A stretch of 64,000 nucleotides of DNA from Lingula anatina (taxonomy: Eukaryota > Animalia > Brachiopoda): positions 15,624,001 to 15,688,000 of the forward strand of contig CM120642.1 in assembly GCA_051362555.1 (NCBI GenBank), written 5' to 3'. How positions within the stretch are numbered: the stretch's first letter is position 1; the number at the start of each line of letters is the position of its first letter. The notes below the pieces were generated by a model. The model searched no databases. It saw only the letters and a list, made by a program, of their open reading frames with translations, and was not told the origin of the DNA. Of the stretch, positions 38,074-53,400 are shown piece by piece. The position numbers were made by a program, and so were the translations under genes.

Positions 38074-39576
38074 GGGATTGATGTACCCAAATGGGGCTAA
38101 AAATCACCCATTTTGGGGTTTTTATGTCTAATTATTGGTTAATTACTCGTATCTGTCTAATGTTTAACATTATTACATTTTGAACAAAAAATGTTTTTCT
38201 GAGGATTTTGATGCTGCACTTATCGGCACCGGTGCCCTGGTGTATGCCCCGCCATGGGTAAACTCGGTGGGCAGACATTAGCAGCATCAGCACGACTCGA
38301 GTAACATTAGAACAGGGATGCGTCATACTCCCTTTGTCATAAATAGCGATCGGCCCATTGTTCCGCTTAAGCTGTTTTGATAGTCGCTCTTGATTGTGAT
38401 CAGTGCTAAAGAGAATCTTTTCCAACACATTGGATTTGCTCGAAATACGCGTTTACCTTTGAATTGCTTGTTTTTATACGTGCTCTTTCGATTTTTTTTT
38501 GTTAACATTTTGAGATACGAAAAAAAAAAGAAACATTCCGCTGCTTGCTACCTGTGACAACAACCGTCATATTATCGTTCAATCTTCGACAACAGCTCTA
38601 TGTAGTCGTTAGATTTTATAAATCTATCCAACTTGGGCCATCTGCCTAGCATCGAGGCGCGTGTTAATCAAATTTTAAACTTGACAACTTGTGATTACTT
38701 GGTTCTACGACGGTGAGATTAGCCTCTAGCCCTGTCACGCAGTCAACGCAAGAGTCAGGAATATTGACATCAAGCTCTAGTCTGCTAACATTTCATACTA
38801 ATTTCGGCTTATCTGCAATTATTAGTTTGTGCATCATTAACAGTTAAATGCCCTGATTTGACAGTGCTAGCGGTAACCCCTTGAAGTTACTAACAGGAGG
38901 TGAGATTAATAAAAAAAATAGATTTTCTGACATCCAAATGCATGCAAACAAGCTAATTTCAATGAGCTATAGAGGACCCATCTTTGCAATCGTCAGTACG
39001 ATATCGGTAAAGCTGTCAACAATTTAATTTGCTGTTTTGGGCAATTAACCTCTCTGAAAGGATTTTTGCTCGTTTTCTGCGCTTTCAAGATTGACGAGAT
39101 ACCGTTAGCGGTTCGAGCTATAACTGTCTACCTGTACACCTGAGGGAGACCAAATTCACCATGCTTATTAAGAAAAGTATGCACCAGATAATTTTTTTAT
39201 TGATTTTCTCTTTTCCATTTTATTGACTCTGAAAGTGACAATTCCTTAATAGTTTGATGTAATTTCAAGTTTTTATAGATAAAATCAACCATAAGTCCTT
39301 AAAGAAAAATCCCCGAACCCCTTTTGTGGTACTTTGTTCAAGTGTTATAATACCATTAAAAGCATGTTTATAGCTGTCCAGGTGCCTGAGAAAAACAAGC
39401 AACTGAAAATGATGTTTTTGTCTAAAAAAATCCCAATATTAAGTCACACGATGAACTTGGAGCCGTGTTTCGAGCATTATTATATGTTTTGAAGGTACAT
39501 TAAATGAATGTAACAGGAATAAAAAAAAGCTAAGATCGTTATTTTTAAGATAAAATCGCCAACCTACATCCCTCCC
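38074..39576. mobile_element. Possible Kolobok-like non-autonomous DNA transposon (TTAA TSD)
   Basis: ttaa-GGGATTGATGTA at the left and TACATCCCTCCC-ttaa at the right (rc GGGAGGGATGTA). The TIR match is short and there is no ORF. Confidence 0.35.
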
Positions 39577-42500
39577 TTAAAGCGAAATCTGTTTTAGAAA
39601 CGTGTAAAACACGCACTGCAGATGTACATACTGTGAAAACGCGGATTTCGCTGTTTTGGGTTTTTTTGTACAGACATGTAAGTGTACGAGTATGAGGCGC
39701 ACAATTTTTATTGTTATGCCTGGTATTATTTGGGATATGACTAAAATGATTTTTTTTTTTTTGCGTCTTGCGTCTAGATACAGTGATTTTTAATATACAC
39801 AGAAAATTATTTTTTTACTTTATTCAAGTGGTTATTAAAACATGTTAATTAAGGCTCCAATATTCATACAGTTATTAACTTCTCTTCAGCGACTACACAA
39901 CTTACAGACTGATTCAGCAGCATATTTCTCCTTTTGAGAAAAAAAAATACATTTCCTGTTTCTGATACCTCACTTTCCAGGGCACTTCTCAACTTCATTT
40001 TTTAAAATGCTGTTATTAAACCATGGGAGATGAAACAAAACGGTGATTCAGAATTTTCCTTAAATTCTTGTTTTACTCAGTCTAACTAGCGCATTTTGTT
40101 CAAAGAGTCTACTCTTCCAACTGGGATCTATGGCATTCGAATAAAATGTGAGGAGTTTTATCCGTTAGGAATTAAGATAATACGCCGTTTTTACCAAAAA
40201 CACAGAAATGTATAAAAACTTAGTAAATGGAATTTCATTTTTAACCTGAAATTAGTTATTTACGCCTTAAGAGTAGGACCATAGGCTGTTGCCTCAAAAT
40301 TGGTCTTAACGTTCAGATCATTGTTATTCAAATCTCGCTAAGTCGAAACTGCAGTGCATCGCACAAAGGATGCTTGGGGACACAGAATAACCTCATTAAC
40401 TTTTTACTTCTTAAAATATAAGTATAGTTTTTGTTTGTCAGTGTATCAGTATATATCAATGTATCAGAATAAAAAGAGGTTTGTCTTTGTGAAGCGACAG
40501 CTATAGACAAAAGCAAAGCATGTTGCTAAAATTATGGACGCAAAACTTTGACACAAGCAGTGGTTTTATTCTTTGCAGTACTAAGTTATAGCTCTCATGT
40601 ATGTAGATGCTTGTCAATTGACAATTGGAAGATAATTTCGGGTTCAAGAAAGACCATTTCTGAACGAGCTTTAAAATCAAAACTCTATAACCTGTGAAAA
40701 GCTACGGAACGGGCTCATTTTTTGCACTTGATGAGAAATCTACATTTCCCCCTAGTGGTGTTGTGTCACAATTATATTGTTTTAACTAATTCTTCAAAAA
40801 TACGTCTACATTTTTATTTTCTCTTCATTTAAGCATCTCTATTGTATGGCACGCTTTGAGCAGATTGTATAGTCCCGCCATTTACGTGCATGACCAGACT
40901 TTGTCAATGTTTGAAGCCCACGGCTCGTAACAGACAATATAAGATGTAAGATCGAAGCTATAAAAGTAGCCCCTTTTACTGAACTTATCTCTGCAATTTT
41001 AGACTGAGAACAAAAAAAAAAAAATAAAATAAAAAATAAAAATAAATAAAAAAAAAATCGAGAAATTATCCCTCAAAGGCCGATCCAAAATCCAATATTT
41101 CAGAAACGGATCTGGCTTTCTTTTGATGGTACTTGGTACTAGTAGTCAAATGATATATCTTATCATTTGGCCAGGCCTGTTGGAGGCACTTGTGCTCAGA
41201 AACCCCGGCGACCACAAAAGCCGTTGTCATTTCCCGGTGCTTATTCATTTAGTAGCGTCTTCTTATTGACTGCAAGCGTTTTTCCGGTTTTTGGCGAGAA
41301 ATGTTAACCATTTATTGGTTCGTAAAAAGTCGTTTCTGGTTTTTCTACAGCGCAGATGACCTAGAGAACGACCATTACTCGTGGGTTTATGCTGATATGA
41401 ACGGAAAATATGGGATGCAATAAGATGCCTTTATTTCCCATCGTCCGAGATTGAAGCTGGGTTCAATCTTTTTCTAAATATTTGCTCCCAGAGCGAGCAC
41501 AGTTTGTTTTTGACAATAGTGAGAAAACCTGTTATCCACAAACGGCAGCGGCTTCCGCGCTTATACAATACTTCTGAAGTCTGAAACGACAAGCGTTCAT
41601 TCTTCTTTGACCGGACGCAGGTCACTTCCCAATATGTTGTTTGGAAATACCTACCCATGTTTTCGCCTACGTCATCGCAGACATTGGCTGTTAAGGGCCC
41701 TATCTGAAGACGTAATAAAATTAGACCCAAGGGGGAACGACCACGTGACTTCCGTCCCACGAATTCTGCACCGTTACCATTATATTTTCTGTTGGTTTAC
41801 GGGGCGCAGTTTTTACTCGTACTTTTTTTAATTTTCCGATAACGGATGTTATTGACTAATTGAACATTAATCATGAGAAAAAAGGGTAAAGGTACTGGGT
41901 GTAGGAAATATTGAAATGATTACGAATAATGCCATATTGACAAATGGCATGGTTTTTTTTGCATGAGATTCCTATCATACAATATAGATTCAGTCTCTTA
42001 GACATAAATTTGCCTGTTTCTATACAAAATTCTTCTTACATATTTTATAAATGTTCATATTTTGTATACTTTTGTCATATTGTTTTTCAAATACAGCAGC
42101 TTGACACATATTTCTTTGTATGAAAGATAAGCCGTTAGGAGCCATTTACAATACGTTAATGGATAAGGAAAGTCCGACACAATTGACAGTGACAAGTTCT
42201 TACATTTTCCAGATCAGATAAACGCTCAGCAATGCAAAACCTGTTGTTAAGAATAGAAGCTCCAAAACTAAACTTTCCATCGGCGTCAAAGAAAAAACGG
42301 TACGATTAATTTGATACGTGATAGAATTGGTTGACAGGCGGGAAGATTTATTTGAAACAGACCCATGGTTATCACCGGCTCTTGTCACTTCACGCGCTTA
42401 GAGGGATGAGTAAGAACGCGACCGTCGTGCCAGAGGCGTTAGATGATAACACAGGATACATGTACAGACCGATATAATGTACGGACCGATTCTTTAGCGT

Positions 42501-44418
42501 TCGTGTCTTCTTTTGATCACCTGCTTCTGTGATAGTATCAAAAACGCCCCGTTTTACCTTGAAAGAAGACCAGCCAACGATCCAGAATCAACCGATTTCT
42601 ATATAATGTCATATTTCTTATTGCGTGCAGTTTATTTCTTAATTTTGTAATGGAATTTCATCATGAACAGATTACTTTTACACGTAAATTAGAACTCAGA
42701 TGTTGATTTGCAAAAGAGCAGTTATCGTGTTATGTTTATCCGATGGCTTAGCATCCAAACCATTATGTTAACATGTTTCACACGAAAGTGAGAAGTACAC
42801 AATGTACTAACAATCAAATACATGCAGGGAAACCGAAGCAGTAGGACGAATATATATGCCTACAGGAAAACTTAGAAATTTAATGTTATTTTCAATAAGC
42901 ATGCAAGAAGCAAAGAGAAATGACAATTGTCAAAGGGAAATGATTTTCAAAGTCAAACAGAATACCTATTTTAATGAGTGAAGTTAACAATCATTCATTA
43001 TTTTTCAATATATAAATGCCTTAGTTTTACATTTTGAAATATGGATCGTGTTATGTACTTGAAAACACACAAGTCTAGTTCCTGTAAAGCGACATGCCTG
43101 TTTTGAAAACGGTTATAGATCTGTAGCATAGTTATGTACCATTTCCATCAATATGGTCAAAACCTTAGGACTGACTTCATACTTGAAGTCATCATATTGA
43201 GCTGACATAATGTAAGCTGGATCATAACACTACAACCCCTTCTATACGTTTTTTTTTGGGGGGGGGTTGAAATGTACTTAAAAGACATTTTCGTGTCCTG
43301 TCGCTGAATCAATTTGCCTTGCAAGAATTGACCAAAAAGTAAAAATGCAACACACTTATATATTCAAGTGCATTGTATGGTTACAAAAGACATTCAAGCG
43401 GCAAATGAGAAGTCACGTATTAAGTCCATGCGACGCAAATTAACAGTCACGCTTCCCAAAATAATTGCAATGGTTTACAGATGAGATCAATTCGCACCTG
43501 CACGCGTTGGGTTGCTAAGGCAAGTCTTCTTGTGTTGACCGCAGCTGTTTACGAGACGTCATGCTGTACGTAGGTCTTTGATTAGAGGGTCGAGTGTCTC
43601 TCTAACACGGCAACTTAAGGGCGGGCCACGCACGAATAATTGCGCCGCTATAGTGGAAAGGATAGTTTCCGATGTATCAAAATCCCGATGTTTATGTTTT
43701 GTCTATAACAACTGCATTACAAGACCTCTTATGAGAATGAACTAGGCCGAGGGGATCGATTTTTCAAATTCCTGGGGTTAACTTTAACACTGTATTTTTT
43801 TGTCTGAGCATCTTTGATGATTTTTTCTTTAAAATCGTATTCAAGTTATAAGACAGTGAAGGCTAGACTAAGCAAAGAATGCCAATTATTTGTATTTTCA
43901 AATTACTGGGTAGTGAACAAACATTGTATTGCATCAGATTTACAGCAATCCTGGCACATTTTCATTTAATTCGTTTTAAACTCCAAGTTAAACATATCCT
44001 TACATTGCCATGGCCTTTAGGGTTTAACAATAGCAAATTTACTCTTTAATTTATATGCCCCCGTTCGATTTCAATTACAACTTGTTGCACGCGCTGTTTG
44101 ATCAAATTGATACTTAAACTTAATTTCACTGATAAAGTAATTTATGTTAATCTTAAGTAAATATGAGGCGTTTAATTCTCTCTCACTTCATCGGGTTCCT
44201 TAGCCGTGTAGACACGCCGGCGTCCAGCAACTTGTCGAGTTAACTATTTCGTAATTAATCGTATATATATCTCGTTTGCGCGTTTGTGGTGAGGCGAAGA
44301 AAGTTTTAAAAAGTTTTGAAAGAGTCCTTTCCTCCCGAACTGGTCACATAGGATCCAGTCATCTCCCCCGGATATCACACCTTCCATTTCGTCTGCCAGG
44401 CCCTGAAACGTATTGGTT

Positions 44419-47400
44419 ATGCGGCTAGTTTTCCTTCTTCTGACAGCCGTTGTCAGTGCGGAGTCTTTGCAGGTAAGTCGCTCATTAATGTCACGATTCC
44501 TAAAAATAAAATATTGACAAGTTTTAGTGCTTCTTCCCAATATTGCACTTTATTATGAATATAGTCAGGTAGCTCCCGATCAAACCTTTCCCTCTAAAAC
44601 TATCTACATACCTCAACAATCACGGATTATTTATGTAGACTGAAACACGATTTATGTCTAATAGACTTGACATTTAATTGAAAAAAGAAATCGAATTACT
44701 CATATTGAAAATAGTGGAATGATGTCTTAGTCTTGTTTATTAGGTTAAGCTCGTGTACAGTGTCAAGTGGATTATGTGGGGAAAGTAAACGATCTTTTGG
44801 GCTTTAAAAAGTATTAAAATTCTTTTTAGACGTTTGATTTTTAGGGTTAAATTTATTGTAGAAAACGTTAACGTGACGAATTTTTTACATAAGAGACCTA
44901 CTAAAAGCCGCAACAAGGTCCTAAATGTCTTAGGCTAAACGAGATTTTTAATGCATACATCTTATAAATAATTTAGTACGCTGCCATTGTCCTAAAACGA
45001 TTTCTTCCTTATTGTTACTGACTGTAATTGATTTCTTTATTTGTTTCCATCTCTCCTAAGCAAGTCATTCAAAATTGATCAAACAAGCCCGTTTTCTTTC
45101 CTTTTTTTTCGCGGAATATTCGGTAAGATGTCACTTTGTATAGACGATCGGGTACTTTTATCACCTGTTAATCATCATGAACTAAAGTGTCGGATTAAAT
45201 TTCTAATTAAAGGAAACCCAGATGTATTTAGTCATAATGACGAACCAGGGGTTATCTCATGTTTTTCAGGAAACTTCCAAAACAACTTTCCGTTGAGACC
45301 CCAGTTTATAAATCGAGGAATCGCGACCACGTCGTATACGTTACTAACATTTATATCTTACTGTCAAAATTGAGAAGTCTTACCTAACCCGGTGACGTAC
45401 TTTGAGATATAAATAAAGACTTTAACGAACAGAAACTGGAGTTAGGTATCAAACTTGGAAATTTGACTCAATAACATAGGATTTTATAATACTTGCTGTT
45501 CCGTATTACTGTCTGTGAACCGAAAACAATACCAGATAAAGATAAAAAAGCAGTGCACAATTAGATTCAGCACTGTGATTCAAAAAAAGAATTAAGCACT
45601 GTGATAACGGTATCACATATGACCAAAGAAAGAAAAATGTTATAATATTTTGCTTTTAAGCAATAGTAGGCGTTAAAGACGTATGGAAGGGTATCCATTA
45701 GTTGTGTTTGTGGTATTTTTTTTCAAATTTCGATAAACGATTGCACTTTATTTTTATCTGTTTTATCAACATTAATATCTTTTTACAATTAGGACGAGGA
45801 TTTTGTCTGTGTTTGTACACACAACTTTGATTAATGATGAAGTCACCCAGTATACTGATTCATAGCTACACCGAATATACAAGTTCTGTGCTTCCTGATC
45901 ATAAGATCAAAAGTTTCATAGGTTCAATAAATATTGCAATCCTAGACAGTTTATTAGGATTTTTAGTCCCCGAATTAACCCCGAATTAACCCTGGATTAT
46001 GAATTATAAATTCTAAAAGGTATCTGTAGTTCCCACCTACTTACCTCATGTAATTCTGAATGGTAATGATTGAAATGCTGCGCATGCAACCATCAATGAT
46101 CAAGATACCTCTGGTTTAAATAAAATGGCAAACATTTTTTATTCTTAAATTTCTAAAAAAGAAAAAAAAACCCGTCTCATATTTACTTGTAAAGCGATGA
46201 GTGAACTTTAATATTGAAAATGTGCATTTTCAGTTTCATCATGGTCTGAGCGAAAACGACCTCATTCATTACTTTGGTACTAATAAAAGGCATGAAGGTA
46301 AGTTTCCTTGATTAAACTACGGTATCCGGAGATGTGAAAATAAGAAAGCTCAAGTGTCGTAGGATAAGTTTTATTCTATAATGGCAAATTGGTCTTGGTG
46401 GTTGAAACAGACATTTGATCTCGAATTAGTTTAGAAGTAACAGAGATGGATAATTGTTGGAATTCACAAGGGAACAAGAATGTTACTGACCATCTTGGTC
46501 AGACATTTTTTTTAACAAGATCTCCAGGTTTTATTGTATAAAGTTGCTTCAAATTAAAGTTGGATTGAAAAATAAGGATTAGTGAAAGATGTTAAAAGAC
46601 AGTCATTCTTGGAAGAAGTTGTCCAAATATGTGCCTGTTGTCTTAAAATGGTTTTTCATTTTACTTATTGTCAGGATTGGATCAACGTTCATTCAACATT
46701 TTCCCAATGTTTGAAGATAACTTAATAAAAAGAAAGAAGCGTGAACATATGGTCATTTGCAAATTGGTCGGATTGATTGTTTAAACAGATTGAAATAAAA
46801 AAAGTCATTTTTCGATTTCAGTTCCGGATTATGACATTATCACACCCACGCGGGTACCAACGCCCGTCCAAGGTCTCCGACACCGCCGCGACAGTGGCGC
46901 AGACGATTTCAAAAAATACCATCTGACAGCATTCGGCGAAGAATACCCTCTCTCTCTTGTGAAAAACGAAAGACTGGTTCCTTCAGGTAATCTAAAATCC
47001 ACTGTGCACAGTATATTTTATTACAAATTAGAAAGTACTTCAATTAATGATAAACTAAAATACCAGTAAATAGATCTTTCTCTAGCAATCCACTCTTTAC
47101 CTTTATTATTTTTTTTCTCATAACGGATTCTGCTAAGTGATTTGCGTCATACTAACCAATTTCACGAGCGGTATATTCTCTTTGAGTAGCAATTTTTAAC
47201 CTGGAAGATAGGAGTGTTTGCTTAAATGCGTACAGTAAGCCTCTACATAAGGTAGACAGTATCACGGACATCAAAACATTGTTATCGATACGATTTACAA
47301 AGTAATTTTTTCACCGCAAATTTGATGAATTCATACGACCTTTGTCGAAACTATATGGAATGCAATGAAATCGAGTAATGTGACCTTTTAGAATTACAGG

Positions 47401-50400
47401 GCGACGGCTTGATGTATTGTTTCAGATACAATTCACTGTCATTGACGATCATTTCAACAACAATTGTCATAAACTAAATTTCAGGAACAGGTTACTTTAA
47501 GAATATTATTTGGAAATTAAAAACTTACAATAACTGCTAGGAGATATATGAGGTTGTCTTTCTGCTACGTCAGTTACATTAAATCGAAGAAAACATCACA
47601 GGTTAACTGTATTGTTTTTGCATGTTATGATTAGCTTAGTGTTGTTAACACCGTAAAAGCCGAAAGTAACATTTGTTTTGCTTAGGGAGGACTTAAAGAT
47701 ATTTAAACTTGTCGATAAGACGGTAGAGCATGGAAATTCGAGTTGATACAAAATGTTCTGTTTGAACAGTGTGTTGGCATGCGTTGGCCAGTTCGTGTAT
47801 ATCCAGACTCATTTTTCCACGATCAGCGCTATTCCGCAGTGAAATAATGATATAAATGTCTGCCTTTATCTATGAAAAATTAATTACACGCACGTTTCTT
47901 GTAGCATTATGCTTGTTCACTGTCAATATTAATCACTTGCTTTAATTTTTTTTCTAATGCTTTAGAATGCCTCGTGCATAGAATGGGCCATAACGGGACC
48001 ACACACGTGGTGCCTTGCAGAGAGTCGGCCAACCAGAACTGCTACTACTTGGGGGAATCGGCGTTCCATAATGGTTCTATTGCTGCCGTCAGCACATGCA
48101 GAGGACTAGTAAGTAGTCCTCTATCCAGGGTCTTCGCTCTGTCTTTTAAGAACAAGTTAAAAAATAAATAAAGTAAAAGATAATACAGGGGAGTAACCAT
48201 TTACAACAGTGCAAAAGCCCCCTTTACACTGTACAGCCCCGTTTGATGGTAAAACATACTTTACGTACCGACAAATGGCTTATCACTGAGCATTCATTCT
48301 GCAACCAAAGCGATGCTTGTGCTTCCATTCTACGGCCACAGCGATGCCAGTTTTATGGGCGCACAAAGGATGCAGAAAGAACGCCGTCCAGTGTAAAGGG
48401 GGTTTAAGTGCGGAATGTCACCAGACCTTGATCTGTGATATAAGATTTTTTTTCATTGTCGCAGTTTCTTTTTTCACGTACTAATGTGCATGCATTTCGG
48501 CTACATTTTTGTATTTTATTTATTATTTTCAAGCACGGAATGGTCAGCACCGAGCACCATGACCTACTTATCACCCCACTGAAGGAAAAACACAGGCAAC
48601 ATCTTACGGAAAAGCAACTAGCTGAGCACGAACATCCCCACGTAGTCTACAAACGTGTTCCTAAAACCAAGACCTGTAGAGTTAAACGTGAGTGTTGATA
48701 TATAACTTACTCAGCACACGTTCATGAGTGCCATTTAAATGATACCTTTAATTCAATAATAACAATTGTTTATCAATTTTTACTCGACCGTGTTGACGAA
48801 ACTTTCTATGATAGGCCTACATGTACGATGACTGCAATTACATTGATATCTGTTGCTGCATTATCTTACTTAGGTGAATCTTGCTCACACAAACAGGATA
48901 ACTGTTATATTTTTCATTTGCATATTTTGGGGGAAATAAAATTTTAACTTTTGCTCCGTTGACACGATAAAACTAGAAAAAGCACTTGCTTTAATAATTT
49001 GACTCCATGCTATGCTTACACAGCTAGCATTGTATTTTCTTTGAAATGAAAATTATCCTCGATGGCTGTATGTGGAAAGGTTCATTAGGACCATTTACAT
49101 GGGGCCAACGACTAATTGCAACGAATGGCATTTCAAGAAAAATGTCTTAAAAATGGTTCAGCGATTCTAGTATTTTGGCTTTTAAAATAATTGTAATTTA
49201 CGCAAACGCTGAGAATGAGTGTAATTAAGAGTGACCTAGATCGCCCCATTTTCTGACATTGCAATACTTAGGTATGTTTACAAAGATGATAATTTAGCCA
49301 TTCATTGTGGTGAACGTTAATATTGCTGGAAATCAGGGCCTCGTGACGCATATAACGGTCATCTTTTCGAACAATAATCATGCTGTTACAAGTCTGTGTT
49401 GGTCTTACATAAGGCAAAGACGTAGAAACAATGCAATTACAGGCCGGATTCTTAATTGGAATCAGTGAGATGGCACTTGTTAGGCCTCGCGTGGCGTTCG
49501 GAGACAATTTGAAAGGCTACGTTCACGTAAATGAGGTAAGAACTAAATAGAAAGCAATGAGCTTAATTAGACACTGTGAATGTGACAAAGCACGTTCCTA
49601 TACCTTGCTGACGAGCAGACTTAAATTCACACCTTCTCCAGTCTATTGGTTTTATCACCGAGCAAATTAGAAAAGAAGTACTACAATAGATTGTAGAAAA
49701 GTTAAATTTATTAAGTTGTTTGATTTTATGATGATGATGATGGATTCATGATTTTTACTCTTGTTGAATTTGTGATGCTTCCATGGACTCTGTATAAAGG
49801 AAGGGTTCCTAGCATTTTGCAGAATATTTCACGTAGAAGGCGAATTATTCGCTCCATTTACTCCGTGAAATGAATTTTTATTGTGTTTCCAATACTTCTT
49901 TCATGGCCTATTGTTATTTTTATCCTGTTCGTTCATCAAAAACACTATATCCATTACAGATCCAGAGTTTTAATGTACACATATATATTTTCATTCTTTG
50001 TTGTCTAGACAGTAATTAAATTCAATACATCGCCGTTAAAGCATAATCCGGCTGCCGTATTTGCCCTTGGATCTGAAGTAGCTCGCATCAAATACTTATA
50101 AGTTTAAATGTTTTAAGCATGACATGAGAATTCGCCCCTTTTGTCTTTTAGCATGCGATATATGAAGACTAAGCAGTAAATATATACGCCATGGGGAAAT
50201 TGCCATGATTCGTCTTTATCTATATTACAAATTGGTCCCAACACCAGGAAAAAATATGCATTTTTCTTCTTTCATCGGTCGCCGAATGTAATCGTTTCAC
50301 ATTTGGATTTGTGACACTCCAAGTATCAATGACTCGGTGCCTGATTTATGAGTCGTAATTATTCCAATTATTTGCTGAATAACTCCCTCAGCGCTCTCTC

Positions 50401-53400
50401 ATTTTACCCAAAGTACCTGTTTTAATTGGCAAGGATCTGTCAGTAACGGATGTAACCGTACACTAACCTTTTTCTTCGGTTTCAATTGTCGTAAGTCGTG
50501 CCATTCTACCTGAATCTCAAATAAAGCTTAACGCAATACCTACAGATGTTGTACGAAACACACCACCACGGAACTTTTCTGATGTTAATGGTCCCAAAAA
50601 GGGAAACAAGTCTGACTTGTTTACTTAAAGGTCAATGTCAAGACAAATAAGACAAACTACGCAAACAAGAAAAATAATTATGACCTATGCAGGAACGGAA
50701 ACCGGTTAAAGACACATTCAGAGATGTTAGCGTTTAGTTTTTCTATCTGATCTATATGTAACACCTGGAAGAAGTAAGTCAATCTAGAGAACCAGGGAAG
50801 GGGGTGAGGGATAGAAATGGACTATATTTCAGTGGTTACATTATCGTATCATCTAACCAAGCCAATACTACAAATGATATAGTATGCATTGCAGAATGTC
50901 AACTTAATTTCCACCGATTGGACGTAGGGCAAGGAAGGTAATCCAATACAAAACACAACAGAAATGATGAAATTCGTATCTTGAATGAAGAATACAAATT
51001 CCGTTTTTATCGTGTGTCATTTCTATATTATACCAAAGCTGGGCTATATAAAAATTCCTATAAAACCCAACTATATTAAAACTTATCAAGTTGTTCAACA
51101 ATGTTAAACAATAAAATTATTTAGATAAAATTTTAATATGTGCTTCCGAATCAACATAAATGTAACTTTGATGATGTTGCAAAGTTATACAACTTTGTAT
51201 TGTCTCTCATCAAATTTTTAATTATTTTCTGTTATATTGTGCTCTTTTCTGATGAGCCGTAGTACTGTAAGATTAAATAGACGAAATAAAGTGGTCTTCC
51301 AGAGTGACCGATACTTAAAATTCAGTAAGACACACCTACCTTAAAGAGGATTAAGGTTAAAATTATGTTCGTTACGAAATGCATAAATGGGTGTGTCTCA
51401 TCAGTTTTTATCAAATAGCTTTTATCAAGTAGAAAAACAGGCCCCTAGATTAGTTTTTTCCTGTGAACATATCTTTGAGTGTAGATGTGTTATTTGTTTG
51501 AAATTAAACCAACTAATGGATCGGCGAGAGGCTTGAGGAAAGACAATGAAATCCCTTTTTGATGTGTGTAGAAACACTCGAGAGTTTTAATTTTATTTTG
51601 CCAATTGAGCTAGTAGTTTTTAGGGCAAAAACATATAACCTATAGAATCAAAGTTCCAATTTACACGCTCTAGTTTTTCAGCCCTTTTAAAAAGGAAACA
51701 AATATTACTGTCTACATTATGGAATTTGTGACTTGTGCATATTCAAATTCTCAAACCATAGGAAATCTGGCTTTCTTACCATTTGTTTCAAAACGTTTTT
51801 ATCTTCGCTTTCAGGAAGTGACAGTGTATTGAAGTCTCTGACAACTCGCCACAAGAGGGCAGCAGGGGAAAAGACAATCGAGCTGATGGTTGTCGTGGAT
51901 ACCAAAATGTGGTGGTACCATGAACAAGACACACAGCGTTACGTTTTAACATCTTTAAATGTGGTATGTTGTTTGAGCTCTGTAATCTTGCCTCACACGT
52001 CATCTAATTGAACAGCTGAATAAGCATTTTCTTCTTAAAATGATTGGAGGAAGTGGTAGTCTTAATTTGAATTTGTTCTTTGTCGAACTTTTCGAAATGA
52101 CCGTATACATATTACGACATATACTACTACACACAGCAGACTATCAAGCATACTGTATCATATTTAAATATAAACATGGAATTAGTGCTGTGCTAGTACT
52201 AGACATTTGCATACTTGAAGGGCATGCGCTATTGTACACAAGGGGGGGGGGGGTTGAACTCCCAAGACGGTTTCACAAAATTGCTTTGAAAATTGATAGC
52301 TTCAAACAGCTACCTCCATGGTACAGCTGCCTACATACATCGATTACTGTAAGATCTATACCTTGCGCCCTAAACAATACCAGTTATTCACCAGGAATCA
52401 ACCATCACGATCGAACGTCAGAGCTTGTGGTAACGAAGCTTATTGCGAGCGAAATCCAAGCCACTTCTGCCTCTAAGCAAGATTATTTCACTGAAAGATT
52501 AGATTTCGTCGTTTTGTCTTTCAAAAATACTTCCGATGAAGACTTTTTTCTAAGAAGCTTGAAGTAGGTTGTGATAAATGTGAAACGAAAAGCACTAGGA
52601 TTTTTTTCTAATAAATGCATCTTTGAATTTTTTCTTTATATTAAACAGTTATTCTTCTCTCTCTCTGTCTCTGTCTCTCTCTCTCTGAGGTGGGTGAATG
52701 ATTGTGCAAAAAAAAAAAAAAACACTTTGAATCTTCTTCTAACCCCAAACCACAAGTATTTATCATGGAAGAAGTGATAATACAAATACAGGAGCAATTG
52801 AATAGATAAAAGCATAAACAAATGAATATACGATTGATCGACCAAATATATCGATAGAATATAACTCTATTTATATAAATTTGTTGATTTACAAAAATAT
52901 AGAGGCGTATAAATGAAAGAGTTATGAAAAACATCTTTATTTTAAGTATTGCACCACGCAGATAGGTGTTGGTACTTACAGTGGTTGTTCTTATTTTGTG
53001 TGGTTTGCTTGTACTTGCCATTCATGCAGTCCGATTATTTGTACAGTGTCATCTCTTCTGCAGGCAGCTCAACGATACCTGCACCACAGCCTTGGGCAAG
53101 ACATCATATTTAGCGTGGTGAAACTGGTAATACTGGAACAACAGCAGGTAAGTACTGAGTGAATTCATTCTCTCTCTCTCTCTCTCATACAAATATTCAA
53201 CAGTAATCCGTAATTTTTTTAATTTTTTTCCACCAGAATGGCCTTGACATTACACCCGATGCTGATTTCACGCTCTCAAAATTCTGTAATTGGCAAGCTG
53301 GCATAAACCCTTACGACGACAACAACCCTCAGCATGCAGATGGTGCTATTCTTATAACCAGGTTTGCAGCTCATAATTTGTATTAATATCAAGATAACAA

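Noticed and set aside
41065-41830. GC-richer intergenic block, possible transposon fragment or small gene
   Set aside because: No TIRs, TSD, consistent splice pattern or recognisable protein motif found by eye.
52040-52567. 175-aa ORF inside an ADAMTS intron
   Set aside because: No recognisable domain, contains a G-run, and the ADAMTS exons on either side join in phase without it.
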